Source: Candidatus Hydrogenedentota bacterium (GTDB lineage: Bacteria; Hydrogenedentota; Hydrogenedentia; Hydrogenedentales; SLHB01). From it: a stretch of 64,000 nt of DNA. The DNA lies in assembly GCA_045863295.1 (NCBI GenBank), contig BTWA01000017.1:55753-119752 (forward strand), written 5' to 3'. Shown one piece after another: positions 1-9,400 of this stretch. Below the pieces are notes generated by a model. It saw only the letters and a list, made by a program, of their open reading frames with translations, was not told the DNA's origin and searched no databases. Within the stretch, counting starts at the first letter, position 1, and each line of letters opens with the position of its first letter. The position numbers and the translations under genes were made by a program.

Positions 1-1116
1 TTGGATGCGCCTGCTTCGGACGGCGTTTACCAGGTGTTTATCGATCCGTCCGCACCCGCCGAGGAGCGATACAAGGCGGTTTGGGTGGGCACGATCTCGA
101 AGGAGGCGTTTGACACGTACCGCGCAAATCGGCCCGATGGATGGGAGCCGCGCGCTCTATTGCATTATGGGGAAACGGGCGAGGTCTCGGCCATCCGGGG
201 TAGCGTGTCTCCGGATGGCGTTCACTGGAGAACGCTGCCAGACCCAATCGTGGCCGAGTATGCGGACACGTTGAATACAGCGTACTACGATCCGGTACTG
301 CGGCAATATGTGATGTACACGCGTCAATGGTCGCTGGGCGAGCGGGCGCGGGCGTTGCCTTCAGACATTCGCAATTCGTGGACTGGTGTGGGCCGGCGGG
401 CGGTGGGGCGCAGCGCAACAGATGACTTCGCTACGTTTCCGGTGTCTGAAATGATCCTGGAGCCGGCGCCCGACATGCCGCCGTCGGAGCAAATCTACAC
501 GAATTGTCGTACAACCATTCCCGGGGCACCGGATCATCATCTCATGTTTCCCGCGCTTTGGAACGCTTCTGTTGACGACACGACGCGCATTGCGGTGGTC
601 TCGAGTCATGATGGCAAGCTGTGGCATTGGGTACCCGGCGGGGACATTCTTTATACCCAACCGTTTGGCCGGTGGGATGGCGGATGCATATGGACGCTGC
701 CCAACTTGATTGAACTGCCCGATGGCGATTGGGCGTTGCCGTATCTCGGTCACAATGTGCCGCACAAATATCCGCGAGGAAAGCGGGAAGGGGGCATGGG
801 GTACGCCGTTTGGCCCAAGGGCCGGATGATTGCTTTGGAGGCCGAGAATTCGGGTGGATTTACGATGATTCCCGTGCTGGCCGAAGGCCGCACGCTGAAA
901 GTCAATGCCGTGACCCATCGCACCGGGTGGGTGAAGGTGTCGGTAGCGGGCAAAGACCGCCGAGCCATGAACGATTGCATACCGATTGTGGGAGACCACC
1001 CTTGGGTGACCGTTCAATGGAAAGAGGGTAGTGATCTCGGCGTCGAACCTGGCCAACCTGTCACGCTTCAATTTGAGATGTATCAAGCGGATCTGTTCGG
1101 GGTTGAATTCGACTAA
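1..1116 (+). CDS. Glycoside-hydrolase-like beta-propeller protein (GH32/43-like fold), probably 5'-truncated by the window edge
   Basis: Open frame from the window start; Asp-box-like motifs (SPDGVHW, SHDGKLW), YDP...YVMYTR, and a C-terminal LKVNA...WVKV...LQFEM...LFG tail typical of PVC propeller proteins. Confidence 0.55.
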   Translation: MDAPASDGVYQVFIDPSAPAEERYKAVWVGTISKEAFDTYRANRPDGWEPRALLHYGETGEVSAIRGSVSPDGVHWRTLPDPIVAEYADTLNTAYYDPVLRQYVMYTRQWSLGERARALPSDIRNSWTGVGRRAVGRSATDDFATFPVSEMILEPAPDMPPSEQIYTNCRTTIPGAPDHHLMFPALWNASVDDTTRIAVVSSHDGKLWHWVPGGDILYTQPFGRWDGGCIWTLPNLIELPDGDWALPYLGHNVPHKYPRGKREGGMGYAVWPKGRMIALEAENSGGFTMIPVLAEGRTLKVNAVTHRTGWVKVSVAGKDRRAMNDCIPIVGDHPWVTVQWKEGSDLGVEPGQPVTLQFEMYQADLFGVEFD

Positions 1117-1262
1117 CGGCATTCGCTTGTGTCCGTTCGGGAGTAGAGGGCTGCTTCCATTTGTTTTCAGCGATGTTGGATTGCAGGCGCTTACACTGGA
1201 GACTTCGCCGTGCAAACCCCTTGATGCGTGGGCATTACTTAACTCAGAGGAAAATACCCCCA

Positions 1263-2054
1263 ATGAACCTTCAGCTGAACGGCAAACGCGCTTTAGTTAC
1301 AGGCAGCACGGCGGGTATTGGCTATTCGATAGCGGTGGCGCTGGCACGCGAAGGGGCTCACGTTATTGTGAATGGCCGATCATCGGTTTCGGTGGAAACA
1401 GCGGTTGCCGCGATAGTTCGCGAAACGAGTGGTACCGTGGTGGGATTCACGGGCGATTTGAGCAAGGCGGAAGCGGCAGAGTCTTTGGTGAACGCCCACC
1501 CAGATATCGATATCCTGATCAACAATCTGGGTATTTTTGAGCCAAAGGCGTTTGAAGATATTCCGGATGAGGACTGGCGCCGGTTTTTTGAGATCAACGT
1601 ATTGAGTGGAGCGCGTCTGTCACGACTGGTGTTGCCTTATATGAAGAAGAAGAATTGGGGACGGATTATCTTCGTATCGAGTGAAAGTGGGGTACAGATA
1701 CCCTCCGAGATGATTCACTACGGCATGACAAAAACCGCACAACTGGCGGTTTCGCGAGGTCTGGCGGAAACCCTGGCCGGGACAGGCGTTACAGTAAACT
1801 GCGTGCTGCCCGGACCCACAAAATCGCGGGGAGTGACGGATTTCGTGGACGCGCTGGCGTCAAGCAAGGGAATGTCCTTCGAGGCTTTCGAGAAAGAGTT
1901 TTTCGAAACGGTGCGGCCTACGTCGCTCATCAAGCGCTTTGCCATGCCGGAGGAAGTGGCTGACCTCGTGGCCTTTGTGGCAAGTCCGCTGGCGTCCGCG
2001 ACGACCGGCGCAGCTCTCCGAGTGGACGGAGGCACCATTAAGAGCGCCTTTTGA
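1263..2054 (+). CDS. SDR family NAD(P)-dependent oxidoreductase
   Basis: TGSTAGIG Rossmann motif, INNLG, catalytic YxxxK (YGMTK), C-terminal VDGG; start moved to ATG 1263 behind a GAGGA RBS. Confidence 0.93.
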   Translation: MNLQLNGKRALVTGSTAGIGYSIAVALAREGAHVIVNGRSSVSVETAVAAIVRETSGTVVGFTGDLSKAEAAESLVNAHPDIDILINNLGIFEPKAFEDIPDEDWRRFFEINVLSGARLSRLVLPYMKKKNWGRIIFVSSESGVQIPSEMIHYGMTKTAQLAVSRGLAETLAGTGVTVNCVLPGPTKSRGVTDFVDALASSKGMSFEAFEKEFFETVRPTSLIKRFAMPEEVADLVAFVASPLASATTGAALRVDGGTIKSAF

Positions 2055-2148
2055 GGCCGGACGACCGGTTGTTACTTTCAGCTCTTTGCCGCAGTGAACT
2101 CAGCCAGAATTCCGGTGTCAAAAGCCATGAGACCCTTTCAGGGAGAGA

Positions 2149-3435
2149 ATGGCGATGTCCGAACCACTTGGGCTTACAAATTCGAAGCGGCGGTTTCGAC
2201 TCTATGCGATTGCAGTGGCCATTGCGTTGCTTGGCTATGCCGGCTGGTATCTTTTGCAGGGCTGGCCTGTGTTGGTGGCGGGCGGGTTGACTCGGCCTGC
2301 GATGCCTGCAGACGCATTTGAGCTGGCGATTGCCACCGACAAGACGGAGTACGGTGTAGGGGAAAAGGTGGCCATCACGGCGATTCTCACGAACCGGTCT
2401 GGGAAGACGGTCTATCTGGCGCGCCCATTGGACGGATCGGAGCGCGGGCGGTCTCCTGTGGCGCGGTTTACCGTGGAGGCGCCGCCTTCGGCCCTGCCGA
2501 AAGAGCAACTGGGTCTATGCGGCAATACCAATCCGATTGACACGGGCGCGTTTGTGGAAGTACCGGATGGTGGCAGCCTGCCACTTGTGATCGACGGCGG
2601 TTTTTGGCTGAACTACGAGCTGAACCGTGGTGCGGGGGAATACCGCATTCAGATGACCTATTCCACGGAAGCGACCGAACCGTCCGCGTGGGTTGGTGGG
2701 CCGATGCAGCCATTGGCTGAGAACCGGATTCTGCTTTCGATTGCCCCGTACTTGTCTTGTGTGCCGCGTATCAAGGTAGTGAGCAACGAGGTCGTTCTTT
2801 CGTTCAAGAGCCGATATCCCAGCCCAATTGCCGCCCTTCAGCAAGGAGACCTTGAGGCCGTAAAGTTTGGTTTGCGTGAAATTGAGGCGATGGATACTGC
2901 GGCGAGACCGGCAGATTACACGACCGCGGCGTTGGACGCGTTGACCCGCCTGTACGCGGCCTCGGACTATGCCTACCACGATGTTGCCGCGCTGGCCATG
3001 CCGTTGTTGGCGTCGGATGCCAGGGAAAAGGACGCGGATCTATTCTGGAGTATGCTGGAACCGGAGCGACGGTGGGCCGAGCGGCGGGTCTATCTGGATC
3101 AAGGCGGAAGTAATATGGGAGCGTATGTGCTTGCGGTGACGTTGAAGAGTTCCGAAGCTTTGCGCGCGGATCGATTGCAGTACCTGACCCATTCTCAAAA
3201 CTATGAGACCGATCATGCGGGGCAAACTTTGGATCCCATTCCTTTGGATATGCGTACCATCCGCGTTCTTGTCATGGCCACCGGGTCCGACGTGGACCGC
3301 GCCATTGTCGGCCTTGCCGGTAGGCCGGAGCTTTTTTACGAAGGAGCGAAATCTGAAGAAGCCAAGCTACTTCGTCAAGTTATGGATGAACGCGGGTTGA
3401 CGTTTCCTGAATCCTCACAGGCCAAGTCCAACTGA
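2149..3435 (+). CDS. Hypothetical membrane-anchored protein with an Ig-like N-terminal domain
   Basis: 428-aa ORF; N-terminal hydrophobic helix (YAIAVAIALLGYAGWYLL), then beta-rich ELAIATDKTEYGVGEKVAITAILTN. Confidence 0.6.
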   Translation: MAMSEPLGLTNSKRRFRLYAIAVAIALLGYAGWYLLQGWPVLVAGGLTRPAMPADAFELAIATDKTEYGVGEKVAITAILTNRSGKTVYLARPLDGSERGRSPVARFTVEAPPSALPKEQLGLCGNTNPIDTGAFVEVPDGGSLPLVIDGGFWLNYELNRGAGEYRIQMTYSTEATEPSAWVGGPMQPLAENRILLSIAPYLSCVPRIKVVSNEVVLSFKSRYPSPIAALQQGDLEAVKFGLREIEAMDTAARPADYTTAALDALTRLYAASDYAYHDVAALAMPLLASDAREKDADLFWSMLEPERRWAERRVYLDQGGSNMGAYVLAVTLKSSEALRADRLQYLTHSQNYETDHAGQTLDPIPLDMRTIRVLVMATGSDVDRAIVGLAGRPELFYEGAKSEEAKLLRQVMDERGLTFPESSQAKSN

Positions 3436-3457
3436 TCACGGCGACTTACTCAGCTCT

Positions 3458-6400
3458 TTACTCAGCATTCGCCAGTGACGCCACCTCAGATGCAGTCGCG
3501 GTGGCAGGCGCCGAGGCGGTGAGTCCGTCACCGCCTTCCAATGGCGCGAGAAAGAATTCCCAGTCCGCACCCCGGTTAACAAGTTTGATCACCACCGTAT
3601 TGACTCCCTGCTGCAACGTTGCTTTGAATCGTTCCTGATCCGGGACTGCGGCTGTGCCCTGCAATCGTTCGAAGACTTTCTTTCCATTGACCCAGACGCG
3701 AGGCAGATCGTCGGCTCCAAACGAGAATGTGACTTCGCGGGCATCCGGCGATTGGATGGTGGTCACTGCGTAGGCTAGTTTATTCTCTCGCGATTCGTCG
3801 TCGAGCCCCAAGGCCTTGTCAATTTCTATGGCTCGAACCACGTCCGTTGGCGAAACGATTGCGGAACTCGACGCGTCGGATACGCCGGACTCAATCAAGC
3901 CTTTTTCCAATTCGGGAATGTAATCCAGCGGCGATCCTTCCAAGCCTGTCTCGGAGACGTCGAAGGGACCCATGACCACCCAATTTTCGACCATGCGATC
4001 CCACAGGGCCGCTTCCTCCGCTTCGACGCCGGTCAACCCCGCGGCAGTGGCTACTGCTGCCGCCGAATCCGCCGCGCCTGCCTTTTCCGCAAGCGCGCTG
4101 TAAAAGCCGACGAGATCCGAACCGCGGTCGTGCGCAGGTTTCTCAGCGATTGCGGCGAGAATCACTTCCTTGAGTTTGGGAAGTGATTCGGCCGACACCT
4201 TTTCGGCAATCGCATGGCGTGCGTTCGTAGCCTGTGCATCTCCCAGGGGGATAAGTTGCACGTAATACCGCATTGCCTCGGGAAGACTGGTTTCGCATTC
4301 CAGTTTCACGGCACTCAACAGGGCTTCGTTGCGCGCACTTTGCCCGAAGCCTCCGTTCGCGATACGTTGATACAGACGCATCGCATCGTCGTGCCGGTGG
4401 TTTTCTTTGAACAGGTTGGACATCTCGGCCGCTTGCTGCTCGGTCAGAACGGGCGATTCTATTAAGGCGGCCAATTCAGCAAGGCTTTCGTCCGAGGCGC
4501 CTTCGTGCGCCTTGAACAAGCTTTCATAGCACGCCAACTGCTGTTCGTATGGCACATTGGCGCGCAAGAGGTCGAGAAAGGCTTGCTTTTGTTCGGGCGA
4601 GCCTGCCTTGGCATAGGCCACCAGGATCTTCGTCTGTGTGGTCCAGGCCCCAGGTTGACGCGACAACAATTTTTCGAACGCCGCAAGCGCACCGGCAGGA
4701 TCACCTGCATCGACAAAGCCAGTTCCCAGCAACGCCAATTCCCCATTATTGAGCTGAGGCGCGCCCGCCGCCTTGCGCAACCATTCCAGCGCGGCGCCGG
4801 GATCGTCCAGATCGATGAGCGCGAGTGCCAGCTTGATTTGCGCCACGCTTCTTTCCACGGGTAATGCCGTTACCGCGGCTCGCGCCGCTTGGGCGCTGTC
4901 CTTTGCTTTGCGACTCGCCCGATTGCTGAAGCCACAGACCATGGCGGTTACCGCGCCTGGAGTAGGCGCGGCGCTCACCGCAGCGAGGGCGGCGTCAAAA
5001 TTTGCTGGATTCTGTGCGATGGCTTGTCCTACGGTATCGGCAAGATCACTCGCGCGCCTATCAGGAATCTGTTGCATGGCGGTTTCGAGTGCGGCAAACG
5101 CGTTGGCGGCATCGCCCATTTCCAGATGGGCCTGTACAAGCGCGATATGAAATTGTTCGCCTGCCGGATCGATTGAAATGCCCTTTTGGGCGGCCGCGAT
5201 GGCAACGTCATACAACTTTTCCGAAACCAGCCAACGGACGAACGATTCCGGGTTTAACTCCTCTGTGGCTTCCGCCGCAACGCGAATGGCATCTTCGCCG
5301 CGCCCCAATTTGGCATAGCACCGGGCAAGAGAGGCCTTTGTGCCGCTGTAGGCGCGCGAGAGCGTGGATGCCCTTTCGAGGTACGGCAAGGCCTGTTCAT
5401 AGCGTTTCTGCTCGATAAGCAGTTGGGCGATGCTCTGGCTGGCATTGGCATCCTTGGCCCATGCGTACAGTTCAGTAAGCGTTTTCACAGCGTCTTCAGG
5501 CCGCTGAATGTTGAAATACGTTTGTGCGAGTTCGATCGTAGCGCTCACTTCGGCCTGTGTATTCGTGGCCACGCTCAGGTCGGACGTCAACGCCAGTTCT
5601 TCTTCGTACCGTCCTTGCGCGTGTAACGCACCAACCAACCCCTGTCGCGCCTGACTTTCAAACCGGTTTTTGTCAAGTACCGTTTTATAGAGTTCGATGG
5701 CGCGGTCATAGTTCCCAATTTGCGAGTTTAATCGCGCACATGCCAGTACGAGAGGCGTCATGGGATTGGGGTCTTCGAAAATGCGCGCCTCGAGTGGCCC
5801 GTAGAACTTGCGCAGATTAAACTTACCGCCCATGCGATCGGCGATCCGGTTGACGTAGTAATCACGGTTGTAGCGGTCGCCGTATCGGAGGAACTTCCAA
5901 GCATGATCAATGATCGCGTTTGGATCGCCTTCCTGCAAACAGAGGTCCGCATATGCTTCACTAGAGCCTTGCCATTGATCCAGAAATCCTTCGTCTTTAT
6001 TGGCCATGAAAAGGGCGTAGGCTTCCGAATACAAGGCTTTCTGCGTCAGGAATTCGTAGTAGGCGCTGAACGAATTTGCATCTTTTGAGCGATCGAACAG
6101 CTCTTTGTACGCAGATTTTGCCGCCTCGATGTTGCCCATAGAGGCTTCAAGCCCGGCGAAGTGCAGGATCGTCTGATCTTTCAAGGACGGGTCGACGGTT
6201 TGCAGCGCGCTTTCCTTCAACGTAAGAATCTGTTTCCAGCGGCCCACCTGCTGCAGAAAAGTTGTGTACACCGGCCCGCGCTCTGCCAAGCGTTGAGGAT
6301 ACCATGCTTGAAACAGTGCATCGGCATCTTCCACACGACCCAGCGAAACCAGGCAATTGGCATACTGCTGCACATACGCGCCGTTATCCTTGTCCAGTTC

Positions 6401-9400
6401 CACCGCTTTTGCGAATAGAGGCGCGGCCGCTTCGAAATTGTCTTCGCGCACGTGATTGTCGGCCATCATTACGAGCAGTGCAGTATTCTCGGGGTCCTTT
6501 TCCAGCAGGGGTTGGAGGAATTCCCGGCACCGGACGGTGTCGTCCTTCATGGAATTGAGAATGGCTTTCAGGAATTCAGCAGAAGTGCCTTTAATGGGCT
6601 GGGCTTTCAATTCTTCTACTGCATGGGCGAAGCCCTTTCCAAGTGCGTATCCGCGTGCCGCAATTTGATCCATTTCACGCGCCACCCATTCTTCGGCGAT
6701 TGCGGCCTTTCGGTTGTTCGTATAGTAGTCTTCCGCTTCCTCCCAGAGGCCATGATGCACAAGCTGTTGCATGACTTCGCGGTATCCGTATGCGCCACCG
6801 TATCGTTGTGCATACTTTTTCCATTCTTCATACGCCTTGACGCGATCGCCGGCGGCGAGATACATCAGTGGCAGGCGATCGCCCCAGTAGTTCGCGTTCT
6901 GACCAGACTTTTCAATCAAGGCGAGTACGGCTGCCGGGTCGGCTTGGAGCTCGGACATTTCCACCAGTTGATTGACCACGTTTTGATCTTGTCCGCGGGT
7001 CATTAGGGACTCATAGATGGCACGGGCATCGTCAAATCTCTTTTCCAGTTTTGCGATGCCGGCATCCACGGCAAGGGCGATCTTGTCGGTGGCGTTCTTT
7101 TGCAGCGCCTCCGCGTTTTTTGTTTTCAACTCGTCCAGCTTGCCGGTGGCTCGATAGAGTCCCGCCATTTGATCGACGGCATAGTAGTCGACCCAACCTT
7201 GCGCCCGGGAAACCGGCGAGTCCATCCATGCGACATAGGTGGCCAGGGCTTCCTCAATCCGGCCGGCACTGACGTAGGTTTGGGCCAACTCCGATTTGTA
7301 ATACGTTTGCGTTGGAGCGAGCTTGGCGGCTTTTTCGAGCAGTTCGATAGCCTGATTGTAATCGCCCTCCTCCCGGAAGCGCCACGCCAATTCCTGCATT
7401 TGATCGGGGGTGGTCGCTTTGGCCACCATGGTCTTTTCCATTTCGTCGAGTTGTTCGCCCTTGCCCATCCTCTGATACAAATCGCGCACGCTCCAGCTGA
7501 CGCGGGAGTACATGGAAGGCGTCTTTTTGATCATGTCTTCGTACATGGCGAGGGCCTCGTCGAACCGGCCCTTATTGGTAAGCAATTGCGCCACTGTCAT
7601 TTTCGCTTCGGCATAGTTGGGCCGCTTGTCGATGAGTTTCTGCCACACCTCCATGGCCTTATCAACTTCGTTGTTCATGCTGTATAAAGAGGCCAGATGG
7701 CGGTGAATCTCTATCGAGCCAGGCTGTTTTGCCAGGCGGTCTTCGAACTCGGCGATCAGCTCGGGTGTGCGGCCGGCCGCAGCCATATATTGGTGCAAGC
7801 GCTGCAAGATTTGGTCGGTACCCTGAGGGCCGCCACCCATATTTGCGTAGTAGACGCCACCGTAGGAGGTGTAATAGTAGGAGTTGCTCCGGGCCGTGCC
7901 CTGGATGCGCCTGTCCCAGGCTTCACGTGCGAGTTCAATGGCCTTGTCGAGGTTATCTTCTTCGCTATACAGTTCGGCGAGCAGCGAGAGCGCGTCGCTG
8001 TTGCGGCTTAACCCGGACAGATGTTCCTCCAGCAACGACTTGGTAATTTCCTTCTCCCCCGCAGTACGGAACTGGTTAATGCCTTCCATGATTTGCGCAG
8101 GGGGCAGGCCACGCTGCATAAGCGCGCGCATTCCTTCGGCGGCTTTCGCATAGTCGCCCGCGCGAATGTTCACCGCGATTCTGGCACGCGTCGCCTCGCG
8201 CGTAGTGCTGGGGTAGCGGTTTTCGACCTCGTCGTACAATGACAGCATGGCCGGGTGGTCGTTTTGCAACTCGGCGATAGCCAGTTTGAGGTTGTACCAT
8301 TCGACGTCATCCATGCCGGCTTGATGAAAATCATCCAACGCCTTTGCGGCGAGGTCATACTCGCTTTTTCCGATGTGGTGGGCGATCAAAAACTTGCCCA
8401 TGGCCCATGCGCGGTCGCGTTCATCGGTGGAGCTTGCGTTTGCAAACTGCCCGGCGGAAGCCTGGAACTTGGCCAGTGTGGCCGTGCTTACCGATTCGTC
8501 CGGCATAGCCAGCAACTCCGCGGCGGCGGTTTGAACAAAGCTACTCGAGCTTCGCATGACGCCGGCGCTGCTCAGGGCGCTGAATACGCGTCGTGAGCCG
8601 GAGTAACGTTGAATCATGGATGCGATGCCTTCCGGGCGCGACACATACAAACTGGCCTGCCGCCGGCTACCGTAGTTCATCTGGCCCTGATCGCCGTGTT
8701 CGAGCACGTCCTGATAAATCTTTACGGCTTCTGTCATGTCGCCGGTCTGATTGTGTATGGAGGCGAGCTGTATGAGTGGCGAGTACTTGTACCGCGGCTC
8801 CAACGTTTCAATGGCTGTTCTCAGCGTTTTGGCTTCTTCCATCAAACCTTGTTGTTGATACGAAGACAGTAGACTGGAGACGACGGTTGGATCGTCTTTG
8901 AACTCAGTCAAGACGATTTGTGCCAGTTCTTTTGCCTTGTTCAGCTGTTGCGACTGGAAGTAGAGCGGCAGGATCGCCATAAGCGTATCTTTGCGCTTGA
9001 TTGGCTGGAGCTCCGCCACGCGCGTCAACGTATCGATCGAACGCTGATAGTCGGCCATCTGCACGTAAAGGGCGGCCACCCATTCCAGAAGTTGAATGTC
9101 GTCGGCATGGGTGGCGAGCAGCGCTTCGATTTCCTTGGTCGATTCTTCGGGGCGATTTGCGGCGCGTAGTGCCACAACAAGGTCTTTACGCACTTCGTAG
9201 TTGGACGGATTTTCTTCGACCTTCTTTTTAAATCCTTCGAGTAACGCGTCGATTCCAATGGAATTGTCGGCCATGGCCACCATGGTCGTAACGATTTCGG
9301 GCCGGAAATCCGCGAAGGATCCGGAAAAGCCGCGACCGCCGCTGGAGTAATACCCGCCCTGCATCGCGTAGCGGATGTTGCGATAGGCGCCTCCGCTTCC

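Noticed and set aside
1172..1192. 21-nt intergenic similarity (18/21) to 46870-46890, GATGTTGGATTGYARGCSCTT
   Set aside because: Only two copies, not palindromic, different orientation relative to downstream genes; compatible with chance
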